A program made the translations under genes and the position numbers. A DNA stretch of 63,008 bases, filler included, from Reclinomonas americana ATCC 50394 (lineage: Eukaryota), in assembly GCA_048213135.1 (NCBI GenBank). It is 6 parts of one record of this genome, joined end to end, with 100 filler letters (N's around TTAATTAATTAA, not from the genome) between each part and the next. Parts side by side here need not be neighbours in the genome. Positions count along the whole stretch, not along the records: positions 1 to 25,775 come from PS015020.1; positions 25,876 to 36,654 come from PS015020.1; 4 more parts are not named here. One strand, given 5' to 3'. Below, one piece after another: positions 19,871 through 33,008 of the stretch (its first letter is position 1; the number at the start of each line of letters is the position of its first letter). The notes under the pieces are model-generated. The model had not been told where the DNA came from and did no database searches. It saw nothing but the letters and a program-made list of their open reading frames with translations.

Positions 19871-22800
19871 TCAGACGTCACCGAGATCATCACCGTTTGT
19901 TGTGGCATCACCGTCGCCAAGCAGCTCGCGCAGTCGGTGCTCCGGCAATCGCAGGCCTTCGTCGGCAAACTGGCGACGCCGGTCGGCATGCTCGCGGCTC
20001 TTCCTGGCCTTGACCAGCGCCTTGCGGCGCTGCTTTTGAATCTTGCGCTCGGCCAGCAGCTGCGGGTCCAGTTGTGCTTGCTCTGCACGGCGCTTGCGAC
20101 GGGTTTCCGCCACTCGGTCGCGTGCATCTTCGTATGCCGTCATGAACGCCCCATGGCCGACAGTCTGCCGGATCAAATCCGACACCTCGCGTGCCAGCGC
20201 AGTCACCGTCTCTGCGAGTTGGAGTAAGTACACACGATATCGGCGTCACCAAATCATCACCATCGCCACGCACCAGGCAGCTGGTCGTTCGAGAGAAGCT
20301 TGTGCACCGGCACCAAGATGACGGGTAGCAGCGGTAGAACGCGCTCGCCGCCAATCTGCACCGTCACGGCGGCCAGCAAGCGCAACACCGTGGTTCGCTG
20401 GCATCATTCGAAAGTCCGCCGTGAGTACACAACAAACGCCCAATGATCGAGGCATACACACTCACCACCAAGTCGCTATTGCTGACCAGCGCGTAGAAGC
20501 CGACCTTGCGCAGCACCGCACGCACCAGCTTGTTGTGTGACGCTTGAGTCGCCGTCAGGCCAGAAAAGTCGTCCGAGGCGTGCGGCGGCACATCGGCAAA
20601 CGCCAGATTGAGCATAAATACCGCATTCTTCACGACCTGCACCGCCATCTCCTCGTCCAAGTGGGCGCTCTCCAACTGCGAGTGCAGTCGATGCAGCAAG
20701 CTGTGCGCATTCTTCAGCAGGAATTCTCGCGCCTCCTGCGCATCGGTCGACGCCTTGTCCGCCACCACCAGGGCGCACAGCGATCCGAGGTGGCGCATCG
20801 CAGACGAGCGTACCCACACATGGCGGTGCTCCAACAGCTGCGCCAGAGATGGCCACAGCGGCTGCGGAAGTGGAATGCGAGCGAGTGAGCACAGGAAAAT
20901 GTACATGGAGGAGTCGCGCAGAGCACTCAAACGCAACTCTCAGGACGTCGGAGAACGGGCGCACCGACGTGTGCCGCGTCACCTTCTCCAGACACTGCAT
21001 GCAGTGGTACGCCGATTCCCACTCGCGGCGCTGCACCAGCTCGACGACCACCGGGTCACTGGAATCCCTTTCGGAGATGAACGCCTGCAGCTCGTCCTCG
21101 TCGACTCGCAAATCTGTTCGACCGTGACCGGCGGCCAGCTGGTTGCGCCACTCCGCCTTCTTCTCCTGCATCTCGGCTTGCACCAGTTGCAGGCGCACGC
21201 GCACCTCCTGATGGATCTGCAAGTCGGCTTCGACAGCCGTCTCCAGCACCACCTGCATCTGCGGCACCAGCTCCAGCACCACGTCCAACATCTTTTCGCC
21301 GAGGGCCTCCACCGCCAGCGTGGCGCACTGTGCGTCAAGATGTGAGTAAAGGAAAAGGCGGAGGTGACTCGCGTCGCATGGACTCACCAATGCCGACAGC
21401 GACCGGAACTGCTGGACGCGCTCATCTGGCTCCACCTGATCGGCACCCTCCGACATCCACACAGTGATGAAGCGCAGCAGAAGGCGCATTTGAGGCNNNN
21501 NNNNNNNNNNNNNNNNNNNNNNNNNNNNNNNNNNNNNNNNNNNNNNNNNNNNNNNNNNNNNNNNNNNNNNNNNNNNNNNNNNNNNNNNNNNNNNNNNNNN
21601 NNNNNNNNNNNNNNNNNNNNNNNNNNNNNNNNNNNNNNNNNNNNNNNNNNNNNNNNNNNNNNNNNNNNNNNNNNNNNNNNNNNNNNNNNNNNNNNNNNNN
21701 NNNNNNNNNNNNNNNNNNNNNNNNNNNNNNNNNNNNNNNNNNNNNNNNNNNNNNNNNNNNNNNNNNNNNNNNNNNNNNNNNNNNNNNNNNNNNNNNNNNN
21801 NNNNNNNNNNNNNNNNNNNNNNNNNNNNNNNNNNNNNNNNNNNNNNNNNNNNNNNNNNNNNNNNNNNNNNNNNNNNNNNNNNNNNNNNNNNNNNNNNNNN
21901 NNNNNNNNNNNNNNNNNNNNNNNNNNNNNNNNNNNNNNNNNNNNNNNNNNNNNNNNNNNNNNNNNNNNNNNNNNNNNNNNNNNNNNNNNNNNNNNNNNNN
22001 NNNNNNNNNNNNNNNNNNNNNNNNNNNNNNNNNNNNNNNNNNNNNNNNNNNNNNNNNNNNNNNNNNNNNNNNNNNNNNNNNNNNNNNNNNNNNNNNNNNN
22101 NNNNNNNNNNNNNNNNNNNNNNNNNNNNNNNNNNNNNNNNNNNNNNNNNNNNNNNNNNNNNNNNNNNNNNNNNNNNNNNNNNNNNNNNNNNNNNNNNNNN
22201 NNNNNNNNNNNNNNNNNNNNNNNNNNNNNNNNNNNNNNNNNNNNNNNNNNNNNNNTCATTGAATTCTATCCGTCTGCGTGGTTCCTCTGGTGGTTCTCAC
22301 ACTTGCAGCGTGCCCTTTGTCGCAGATTGACTTCTCTCTCCGACTGCTGGCACACGGGCTCAAGGCGCAGGGTCTGCCACTCAGCGAATTGGTCGCGCTC
22401 CTCGACCCGTTCATGCCGCTGCTGCGTGATGCTGTCCTCACGAAGCACGCGGGAGTGTTGCACCCGACGATTAAGGCAGTGACGTCGATGCTCAAGTTCA
22501 CGCTGCCGTCCACCAACGATGTAGTGACAGGAATTCTGGCGCACGTGTTTGACCTCCTCAAGGTCAGATCGCGGACAGTGGTTGTGTGGTAGTAGGGAAA
22601 GAGACTCATTGATGTTCACGTGCCGACACAGGACGTGGGAACGGCGAACCCCGAGACTGTGGCTTCCTGTTTCAAGTTCCTGACGGCGGTTCTGCATCGA
22701 TGCCCGGCAGTCACGCTCACCAACGCGCAGCTTAAAGTGCTGCTCAGCTTTGTGACGGTCGATCTTGGCACGCACGTCAAGCAAGCGGCCGCGCTGGATC

Positions 22801-23652
22801 TTGTCAAGGTGTGCACTTGATTGCCGTTTTTTTGGCAACTCCCCGAGACGACTAACAAGGAGGGATGCAGGGTGTGGTGGACCGCCGTCTCCTGACTCCG
22901 CAACTTTACGACGTTGTGCGCCAGGTCAGCGAGCTGATGGTGCGCTCGCTGCAGGCGCCGATCCGAGAGAAATGCGCCGGCATCTACGGTCGTTTCTTGC
23001 TCGACTACCCGCTAGGTGTGTTTGTGCAAGTTTCTCTCTACCGATCATTATTGCGCACTCCGACGCTGACCACTCTCACGCGCACCTGCAGCGGCAAAAC
23101 GACTGGAACAAGAGTTGGAGTTCCTCATTGCCAACCTGGAGTACCAGCATGAAGCCGGTCGGATGAGTGCACTGTCGGCACTGCACTACGTGGTGCAGAA
23201 CTTCCCCGTGCCGGTGTTGACGCCGCGCGCCGAGTTCTTCTTCCTGCCACTGGTGGCACGGCTGCAGTCGGACCCGTCGCATGTGTGTCGCGTGGAGGTT
23301 GGCAAAATCCTGCAGCTGCTGCTGACGCGTGTGGAGCCNNNNNNNNNNNNNNNNNNNNNNNNNNNNNNNNNNNNNNNNNNNNNNNNNNNNNNNNNNNNNN
23401 NNNNNNNNNNNNNNNNNNNNNNNNNNNNNNNNNNNNNNNNNNNNNNNNNNNNNNNNNNNNNNNNNNNNNNNNNNNNNNNNNNNNNNNNNNNNNNNNNNNN
23501 NNNNNNNNNNNNNNNNNNNNNNNNNNNNNNNNNNNNNNNNNNNNNNNNNNNNNNNNNNNNNNNNNNNNNNNNNNNNNNNNNNNNNNNNNNNNNNNNNNNN
23601 NNNNNNNNNNNNNNTACGTACGTACGTACGTACTACGTACGTACGTACGTAC

Positions 23653-23716
<64 letters not shown>

Positions 23717-25091
23717 GACCTTCTCGGCCGACAGCATGCTCTTGCAGTCCCTGCACACCGCGGCGAATGCTTTCATACGAGAACGTGAGCAGGTCGCGCA
23801 GTTTCACCGACGGGTTCACGCGGATGCCGGCCACGATGCGGAACAGAGCATCCTCCAGGAGGTGGAAGCGCTCCTCACCAATCGTCTCGATCATTTCGGT
23901 CTGTTGAGGCCGCAAACATCGGTAAGCACAAAGAAAACACACACGCCACATTCACACACAAACTCTCTCTCTCCCTCTCTTTCCAACTCGCACCTGAATC
24001 GGGGAAATCAAGAGTGTGACACTGGGATTGAACTGGCATACGCGAGCCAACAGCTGAATGCCCTCTGGCGCTCGAGTCGTGCGCGCCTCACGCAGTGCGG
24101 CAGCAATGGCGTCCACCTTGCGCTGCTCCGCTGCTGCTCCTAGAATATCGTCGAGTAGCGTCTGCGCAGTTGCACATGTTCCATTAGCACCTCTTCACCT
24201 TTTGCCTACTTGCTCCTTCTGCCTTCCCCGACAAACCTCCATCAGTTGCGGCAAACAGTGGTCAATGTCGCCGGGCTGAAGCGTAGGCTCCAGTGCCTCC
24301 AGCACGGCGTACAGTGCATGTCCACGCACGTGAATCTGATAACCGTGTTCCAGAGTCTTGTTCAGCACCATTACTGTGTACTGCAGGAACTCGGCTCCAA
24401 GCTCCAAGCACACGCCGACCAAGGCCTTGCGGGCGGCCTCTCGAATCTGCGCACCAAATAGTAAGTATGCAGTCACATCAGCATCACCACGCCTCATCAT
24501 CTTCTTCTCGAGACGCACATCATCCTCCCGGCTGCGCAGACGGTTGGCCAGCTCCTGCAACAGTCGTGGCACCTGCGCGTCCCAGTGGCTGCGCGGCAGG
24601 ACTCGAATGACGTGCACGATCGCCTTGGTGACGGGCACCCGCACGCTCGAGGTCTTGTCGTCGGCGCCGACGTAGCGGTACATCATTGGGATGATGCGGA
24701 CCTCAAACGTCGACACGATGCGATTGGCGAACTCCTGCCGATGCTGCAGCGTCGCTGCCTCACTGTCAACGGCCATGGTGTCCTCTTGCTCCTCCGCCTC
24801 ATCGTCCTCAGCGCCATCCTCCTCCTCCTCTCCACCTTCATCGTCACCACCCTCCCCATCCTCTTCCTCCTCCTCCTCCTCTTCGTCGTCATCATCGACG
24901 CCATCCACTTGCATGTCGCCTTTGGCCATGTCGCCGCCATCCTCATCTTCATCCCCGCCTTCCTTTCTGCCTCCACGACGACGCTGCCGTGCCGAGCTGC
25001 TTGGTGCAGTCAGACTCGATGCTGAGTCGCCGAGCGCCTCGCTGTCACTGATCTGGAACGAAGAGCGTGGAATGGCACTCAAATCTGTCAC
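19871..25091 (-). CDS. UTP20: SSU processome component UTP20 (DRIM), C-terminal part; interrupted by gaps and an inverted contig
   Basis: VRVPVTKAIV, LRSRE..IREAARKALV...LG..FL, GYQIHVRGHAL, GDIDHCL, HVWVR, and C-terminal VGHGAFMTAY...DPQLLAERKIQK. Confidence 0.88.
22309..23338 (+). CDS. UTP20: UTP20 internal exons on an apparently inverted contig
   Basis: IDFSLRLL, LDPFMPLL, CFKFLTAVL, PQLYDVV, FLLDYPL, LEFLIANLEYQHEAGRMSAL, FFFLPLVARLQSD. These fit between the flanking minus-strand UTP20 parts. Confidence 0.85.
23615..23712. repeat. (TACG)n-like tract followed by (CT)n microsatellite at a contig end
   Basis: Directly visible. Confidence 0.9.
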
Positions 25092-25373
25092 AAAACGAGT
25101 ATTGAGTCTATGCGTCGGGAAGGAACAANNNNNNNNNNNNNNNNNNNNNNNNNNNNNNNNNNNNNNNNNNNNNNNNNNNNNNNNNNNNNNNNNNNNNNNN
25201 NNNNNNNNNNNNNNNNNNNNNNNNNNNNNNNNNNNNNNNNNNNNNNNNNNNNNNNNNNNNNNNNNNNNNNNNNNNNNNNNNNNNNNNNNNNNNNNNNNNN
25301 NNNNNNNNNNNNNNNNNNNNNGTTGTGCAGAGATGATGGTGGCTCATCGTGAACTGGTTTTTTGTGCGCGCAG

Positions 25374-25745
25374 CCCAAGTTCCTGCAGCAGTCCGTGCTG
25401 CCGATCTTGACGCACTACCTGCTGGCGGACAGTGATCCGGGAAATGGTGCCGTGCAACTTGCAATCGACAATGCCGTCAAAGCTCTGCAAGCAGTGGCGG
25501 CCAAGCTTGGCTGGAAGGACTACTATCGGATCCTCATGGTGCGTGGGCGCTGACGACGGGGTGAGGAGAGGTGTGCGTCGCACTCACTGTTCACTGGGAA
25601 TGCATGCAGCGATTTGTCAGCAATCTTTCACTCAAGCGAGCCAAGGAGTCGGAGAAAAACGCGCGCTTGAAGATCACTGTGCGATGCGTGTGTGCGGTGC
25701 TGGACGCCTTCCATTTCGACTTGTCGCTCGCTGATACGCCCGCCG
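25374..25745 (+). CDS. UTP20: UTP20 upstream exons on an apparently inverted contig
   Basis: LGWKDYYRILM/RF...VRCVCAVLDAFHFD, the segment expected just before the acidic insert at 24700-25050. Confidence 0.75.
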
Positions 25746-25819
25746 GTTCCGTGTTTTATTTGATTGTTGTTGCTGNNNNNNNNNNNNNNNNNNNNNNNNN
25801 NNNNNNNNNNNNNNNNNNN

Positions 25820-25831
25820 TTAATTAATTAA
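25820..25831. other. Artificial scaffold linker TTAATTAATTAA (also at 36699-36710, 40646-40657, 52070-52081, 56024-56035)
   Basis: Identical 12-mer with stops in all six frames, always between two short N runs. Confidence 0.97.
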
Positions 25832-25906
25832 NNNNNNNNNNNNNNNNNNNNNNNNNNNNNNNNNNNNNNNNNNNNGCTTATGTAAAAAAACAGGGTGTGC
25901 CGCGCT

Positions 25907-26560
25907 CGGCCGCATCCAGCTGTGTGCCTACTTTCTCAGTCTCCGCGTCAACGTGAACGCACGCAAGATCGATGGCGCGACACCGCTTCATCGCGCCGTG
26001 TCGAACAGAAATGTGGAGGTCGCGGCGCTGCTGCTGGCACACGGCGCCGACCCCAATATTAAGGACGAAAACAATCGGACGCCCGCAGATCTGTTGCAAC
26101 TGCGCGACCGAGAGTCGACCGAGGAAGAAAGGCGCAGCCGGAAACAGTTGATGAGGTTGCTGGTGGAGGAGCCGCGAAAGCTGCTGGAGGCGGCGACGCT
26201 GAACGATTGGAGATCAGTGGATGAGCTGCTGGGTCGCGGTGTGTCGGCCCTGGCGTTGGATCTGTACCAGCAGACGCCACTGTATCAGGCGGTGCGCTAC
26301 AACGCGGTGGAGCATGCGAGGAAGCTCATTGGGGCCGGCAGCTCGGTGCATCACAGGTTTGTGGCACTGCGGCTGCTTTTGCTGCTGTTCAGCAGAGTGT
26401 ACTGAGAGCCGACAACAACAGGCAAGCGGAAGGTGCAACTCCGCTCCACGGCTGCGCCAATCTCGGTCACATTGAGCTAGCGCGCATGCTGATCGAGGAG
26501 TTTGGAGCCGATGTGAATGCCCAGCGCAACGACAGGTGTACGCCGTTGCATCGCGCAGTT
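25907..26560 (+). CDS. Ankyrin-RING E3 ligase A, ankyrin part (5' truncated)
   Basis: DGATPLHRAV...LLAHGADPN, QQTPLYQAV, GATPLHGCANLGH..LARMLIEEFGADVNA. Closely parallels gene B. Confidence 0.85.
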
Positions 26561-26914
26561 GCGTGAAGGGGAGAAACAACAATGGGGGTGAGCAAGCGAN
26601 NNNNNNNNNNNNNNNNNNNNNNNNNNNNNNNNNNNNNNNNNNNNNNNNNNNNNNNNNNNNNNNNNNNNNNNNNNNNNNNNNNNNNNNNNNNNNNNNNNNN
26701 NNNNNNNNNNNNNNNNNNNNNNNNNNNNNNNNNNNNNNNNNNNNNNNNNNNNNNNNNNNNNNNNNNNNNNNNNNNNNNNNNNNNNNNNNNNNNNNNNNNN
26801 NNNNNNNNNNNNNNNNNNNNNNNNNNNNNNNNNNNNNNNNNNNNNNNNNNNNNNNNNNNNNNNNNNNNNNNNNNNNNNNNNNNNNNNNNNNNNNNNNNNN
26901 NNNNNNCACACACC

Positions 26915-27035
26915 GATCAACGCCATTGAGAGGATGCCCGGCGACAATGGCCTGTGCAAGCTGATCGGGATTGCCTCGCTTGGCCGCGGCGAGCACGGGA
27001 TCTGTGTGCGTGTGTGAGTGAGCACGTGTGATGAC

Positions 27036-27077
<42 letters not shown>

Positions 27078-27104
27078 CGCTTTACCTGTTTCCTCCATCG
27101 ACAT
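26915..27104 (-). CDS. Probable first exons of ankyrin-RING gene B on an inverted contig
   Basis: MSMEET/DPVLAAAKRGNPDQLAQAIVAGHPLNGVDR joins naturally to HGQTALFY at 28404 (+). Confidence 0.65.
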
Positions 27105-27286
27105 GATCGCTCACACCGATAATGCAACACTTTGTGACGGGACAGTAACGCCGATACTGGTTCTCGTAGCTTCCAAAGCCAATAAACACGCATGAATGCA
27201 TATAGAGAGCCACCTGTACAGAGAAAACAGACGCGCGATTTCCTGCTGCTCACGGTCGATGGAGAGATATCGAAGTCTCGGCATTT

Positions 27287-27516
27287 CTACATGTAAATCT
27301 TGATGTATCGACCCACCGGCCTGCGGCAGAGTGGGCACGAGGGCACGTGTTGTACACAGCTGCCGCACAAAACATGTCCGCAGTCGACCAGTGCGTGGTC
27401 TGGGCGCTCAGACCAGCACACGGGGCACGTCGGTGCCGCAGCAACTGGTTCCGGTTCCAGCGACGCCGCTGCCGATGAAGGCGTTCGCCCGGCGTGCTGC
27501 GGTGACGACGACGGTG

Positions 27517-27547
<31 letters not shown>

Positions 27548-28092
27548 AGAAGCACGATGCGATGACGGCGGAGCTGATGGTGCTGCCGCACGGTATGACG
27601 AAGGCGGTGCTGACGGCGCCAGAGCTGCCTCGCGGTGTGATGACGGTGGAGCTGCTGGTGCTTCAGCTGCTGCTCGATACGACGCGGGCTCCGCCAGTCG
27701 ACGCGACGCCAGCGCCGCACCTGCGGCCTCGACTCGGTTCGACGATGGTGGAGCTGACGGTGCGACAGCGGCAGCGCGATGCGACGACGGTGGTGCGGAG
27801 GGCGCCACTGCTGCTGCTGGTGCTGGTGCTCGGTGGGACGACGGTGCGCGAGGTGCTACGATTGACACTGGCGGTGGCTGGAGGGGCGGAGGAGCACGCC
27901 GCAGCAGCAACTGATCGGCGTCGTCGTTGAGAACGGCCTCCATCTCGTGGAACACGGTCCCATCCAGCTCGCCATTCGCATACAGCTCCATGGCAATGTC
28001 CATCGGCGTGCGATTCGTGGGGTCTTGCGCACGAATGTCGGCGCCATGGTCGACCAGCATGCGAACCATGTCCGCATGACGACCGGCCACCT
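27287..28092 (-). CDS. Ankyrin-RING E3 ligase A, last exon (ankyrin end, PSAP-repeat linker, RING-HC) on an inverted contig
   Basis: VAGRHADMVRMLVDHGAD...CPVCW...LVDCGHVLCGSC...CPLCR..YIKIYM*. Confidence 0.88.
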
Positions 28093-28403
28093 GCGACAGA
28101 CAGAAATCGTTCAGTTCCCNNNNNNNNNNNNNNNNNNNNTTCTTGTCTGCGTCGAGGGAGAGAGAGAGAGAGGGGCCAGCCTATTGTGTCACGGCTTCTT
28201 ATTTTCCGTCTGACGCGCGCATAGTGTCTGTCTGTTTGGTGTTGCTTGCTCTCCCTCCCTCTCTGTGTTTCTCTCTCTCTCTCACATACACACACTCACT
28301 CACTCATTCACTTGCTCTCTCATCTTTGTGTTGCATTCACATCATCTTTTGTCGTCATTTCCTCAACCTCTCTCTCTCTGTCTCCCCCCACTACTCCCTG
28401 CAG

Positions 28404-29738
28404 GCACGGACAAACTGCGCTGTTCTACATTGTGGCCTACGACATGCCTCCAGCGGTCGCCGAGCTGTATCTCGAGTACGGTGGTGACCCACATCACCGT
28501 GGAGCGCGAGGTGGAACAGTGTTGCATGGTACGTGTTGACCTGGAGAACTTGCCACTTGTTGCGTTGCTCACGTCGTACTAGGGTGCGCCTCGGAGGGTC
28601 GAATCGCCTTGCTGGACATCTTTTTGCGGGCGGGCGTGGATCCGAATGTGGTGCGCGCCGATGGTTGCACCGCCTTGCATCGCTCGCTGGCCTCCGATCG
28701 GCCAAACATGGCTGTTGTGCGTCGGCTGTTGGAGGCCGGTGCCGATGTGTGCATCCGCGACGCAGACGGACGCCTGCCCGTGGAGATGGTGGCTGCGGAT
28801 AAGCCAAACGAAGAGCCGCATGTGGTGGCCATGAAGGAGATGCTGCGGTCGATTCTGGACACGGAGCCCAAGGCGCTGCTTGAGGCGTCGAAGAACAACG
28901 ACTGGGTGACGGTACAGCGGCTGCTCGACGCCGGCGTGTCACCCACCGCACGGGACGCCGAGTACCAGCAGACGGCACTGTTTAATGCCATTCGCCACTG
29001 CAATCTCGAATTCATGCGCAAGTTCCTCATGCGCGGCAACTCGGTGTCTCACCGGTGAGGACTTTGTGTTGAGCTTCGTGTATCCGTGCGCCGTTGCTGA
29101 TTCGTTTCGATGTTTTGTGTCTACGCAGGCAATCACAAGGGGCTCAGCCTCTGCACGGATGCGCGTACCTGGGCCACATTATTATGGCGCGCGTTTTGGT
29201 GGAAGAGTTCAAGGCAGATGTCAATGCGCGACGAACTGACGGATACACGCCTCTGCATCGCGCTGTTTCGTACCGAGTGCTCTCTATCTTTGCAGTCCTG
29301 TGCTTGGGTGTAACGTGTGATGTGCGCGAGCAGGTGGCTGGCGGTCACTTGGACATGGTGGAGCTGTTGGTGAAGAATGGGGCTGACCCGAAGATAGCCG
29401 GCGAGGATGGCAAGACGCCACTCCAGTTGGCAAGAGAGCTGATTCCTCAACCGGATCGTGACGCGTTCGTGAAGGCTCTCGGTGGCGCAGACGCTCCGCC
29501 TTCTCCCGTCTCGCCCGCGTCTGCAGCGGCAGCTGCACCGGCGTCGCCTACGGCCGAGGAAGAGAGCGTGTGCACTATTTGCTGGGACCTGCCGGCCGAC
29601 CACGTCTTTGTGCCATGTGGTCACATGACGTGCTGCAAGGAGCACGCCGAGATGGTTGTCAGTGGGGGCAGGGAGTGCCCGGTGTGCCGCGATAAGCCGA
29701 CACAGGCCATTCGCGTGTTTAGGGCTGGTAGATCGTGA
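28404..29738 (+). CDS. Ankyrin-repeat + C-terminal IAP/Mind-bomb-type RING-HC E3 ligase B
   Basis: Several TALH/TPLH ankyrin repeats, then CTICW...FVPCGHMTCCKEHA...CPVCR..QAIRVF. Confidence 0.9.
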
Positions 29739-29838
29739 CAAGGGTCATGGAAAGTGGAATGGGAATGGAATCGGATGCTTGCTTTTTTCTCTCTTTCATT
29801 CGTGCTGCTCGTAGAACATTGCGTACTAGCATTTCCGC

Positions 29839-32092
29839 CTACAGAAGAGAGCTCGCCGCCGATTTCACCAGGTACACCAACGCGGTTGGGTGGAACCTAC
29901 AATTGCAGTCAGGTCAGCGACAAAAATGTGCCACGGTGCGCTTGCAACACAACGCCAGCCGCACCATGAAACATAGAGGACGACGAGTACGAGACACACG
30001 TCCAGTGGTGACACGGCAGCTCGTCGGTGCCTGCGGAACGCGAGTCAAACAACAGCGGCGCGATGCGTGCAGAGCAAAAACGAGTTACTCACGCCATGCG
30101 GTCCGACATGCCGATCTGCATTTTGATGCGACACACGTGCAGCTGGAAGGAACATTGAAGGAGTTAGATTACAGTAACGCGCGCGCAACAAGCAGGTAGT
30201 AGCGCAACACATACCAGAACAAAAGTCACGCCGACCGCTACGCCGCACAACTCACAACGTGAGGAAACATGCACACACCAACACCGTACGTATGCACAAT
30301 ACTCACCGACCAGGTTGTCCATGCCATACACTAGACCGCCGGCAATGGCGGCAATGAGCGACGAAAAGACAACAAGCACCATGACCCATCGGCGCAGCTG
30401 GGAGTCACCAAAGCGATGCTTCATGTACGGCTCGAAGCACAGCACCAGTCCTGTGTGTGACATGATCAACACAAGTACGGTTGAGGACAATGAGATCGCA
30501 AGACGAACCCGTTGCTCCGTTAACCAGCGTGCCGACATAGAAGAAGCCCTTCTCAAACAGCTCGGTGTTTGGCGTGTCTGCGACGATGTGAGATCTAGAC
30601 AGCGGCGATGTGTGTACACAAGCATGAATGCGTGTCGGCGCAACGATGGGCATGCAGGTACACATCGAACACGGAGGCCAGGAACGAGGCAAAAAACATG
30701 CCCGGCAGGCTCGTATCACTGAAGAAGGCCAGAATGCTCTGCGTCACCACGCCGTCTGTCGCAGTTGCCAAGAGGTGTTGTAATCTCTGACACAGACCTT
30801 GTCACCACCGACGAGCTCCGGCAGCTTGGCGACGCCAAAGAGAAGCGGCAGTGCCACTAGGAAACCAAGTACATTCGAGTGCAGCGCTATGGCCATGGCA
30901 ACAGCTGCAAAAGTCGCCAGAAAGAGCTGCGCAACGTGGATGAGTGATGAATGCGTTGTCAATATATGATCATCCATCAACAGACCGTCAGGTAATCGGT
31001 GGTCTTGCTGCGCTGCTCTCCACCGCCGTGCAGGTTGAATGAGAATTGCATGGCTTGAGGCAAGGTAAGCAGGCTGTGCCGTGCAGCAAGTCAGCATTCA
31101 GGCAATGAACACGTCAGTCAGTCGACGCGGCACGCAACGCCGCCAGCGCAAGACAGAGTGCCAGTGTGTCGTGAGAGCATGCCACACTCAGCGCCAAGAT
31201 GCCGAAGCGCAGCCCGTACCTGCACGACTGTCGTTAGTACCACCACCGAGATAGTCACGGCATACTTTGCGTATCATCGCCAGTATGAGCGCATATACGC
31301 AACACAAGAATCTCCTGCAACGGCACCGGCAGTGCGATAAAGATGTTGAACTGCGATGATATCGCTGGATGAGGACATGGTAATAATAGCGAGAGTGTCG
31401 ATGTAGACGCACAGGATCGCCACCCATTCGCTGCCCGAGGGCGTCGAGACGATGCCCGATCCACGTACACAGCATCACCGGCCACATGAAGAGCATCTGC
31501 AATTGCCGAGTGAGCAGGCGCAGCCGTGTGGCGAGCGACAGCGGACATACCATGCCATACAAGATTCCTACAGGCGGCGCAATCAGCGTCAGCAGCACTA
31601 CGTAGCCGAAAGCTGCGAGGAACAGCTGGGCGCACAGGACGACTGCGCAGAGAATGAAGAAAATGGCCACGATTTTGACAAGCAGCGGCTGTGCAGCATG
31701 ACAGGCAGTGGTGAGGGGGATGGCGGGCACAGCTCGCACGAGACACACAAACCAGATTCCAAACAAACGACACTATAGTGCACGGATGAGGAGTGGTGAC
31801 TCGGCTGCGATATGAGCAGCAAAGCAAAGCAAAACACGTACCACACCGCCAGACAAAGCCAGTCATGCGCCCCCACAATGTCAGGTGCTCATGCAGCTGC
31901 ACCTCTGCAAGAGACATCGATGGTTGGCTACCTACGCAACCGTCTCCCTCACACACAGACAGCGCAGAGTCACACGGCCACCAACCACCAAGCACAATCG
32001 CATGCACCAAGCGCTTCATGCGCAGAGCCAGCTCCTCAGGCGTCAGCGTGGCGCCGTCGGGCACGTGCGAGGCCAGTTTGAATAGCTCTATC
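29839..32092 (-). CDS. Unknown multi-pass membrane protein, paralogue A (5' part in gap)
   Basis: Many short exons with hydrophobic helices. Exon-by-exon homology to 34364-36580. Ends FHPTALVYLVKSAASSLL*. Confidence 0.75.
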
Positions 32093-33008
32093 NNNNNNNN
32101 NNNNNNNNNNNNNNNNNNNNNNNNNNNNNNNNNNNNNNNNNNNNNNNNNNNNNNNNNNNNNNNNNNNNNNNNNNNNNNNNNNNNNNNNNNNNNNNNNNNN
32201 NNNNNNNNNNNNNNNNNNNNNNNNNNNNNNNNNNNNNNNNNNNNNNNNNNNNNNNNNNNNNNNNNNNNNNNNNNNNNNNNNNNNNNNNNNNNNNNNNNNN
32301 NNNNNNNNNNNNNNNNNNNNNNNNNNNNNNNNNNNNNNNNNNNNNNNNNNNNNNNNNNNNNNNNNNNNNNNNNNNNNNNNNNNNNNNNNNNNNNNNNNNN
32401 NNNNNNNNNNNNNNNNNNNNNNNNNNNNNNNNNNNNNNNNNNNNNNNNNNNNNNNNNNNNNNNNNNNNNNNNNNNNNNNNNNNNNNNNNNNNNNNNNNNN
32501 NNNNNNNNNNNNNNNNNNNNNNNNNNNNNNNNNNNNNNNNNNNNNNNNNNNNNNNNNNNNNNNNNNNNNNNNNNNNNNNNNNNNNNNNNNNNNNNNNNNN
32601 NNNNNNNNNNNNNNNNNNNNNNNNNNNNNNNNNNNNNNNNNNNNNNNNNNNNNNNNNNNNNNNNNNNNNNNNNNNNNNNNNNNNNNNNNNNNNNNNNNNN
32701 NNNNNNNNNNNNNNNNNNNNNNNNNNNNNNNNNNNNNNNNNNNNNNNNNNNNNNNNNNNNNNNNNNNNNNNNNNNNNNNNNNNNNNNNNNNNNNNNNNNN
32801 NNNNNNNNNNNNNNNNNNNNNNNNNNNNNNNNNNNNNNNNNNNNNNNNNNNNNNNNNNNNNNNNNNNNNNNNNNNNNNNNNNNNNNNNNNNNNNNNNNNN
32901 NNNNNNNNNNNNNNNNNNNNNNNNNNNNNNNNNNNNNNNNNNNNNNNNNNNNNNNNNNNNNNNNNNNNNNNNNNNNNNNNNNNNNNNNNNNNNNNNNNNG
33001 CGCAAGCA

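Noticed and set aside
11112-25745. NOL6/Utp22 and UTP20 within 4 kb as a ribosome-biogenesis cluster
   Set aside because: Two unrelated genes lie between them. One window cannot distinguish this from chance without synteny data.
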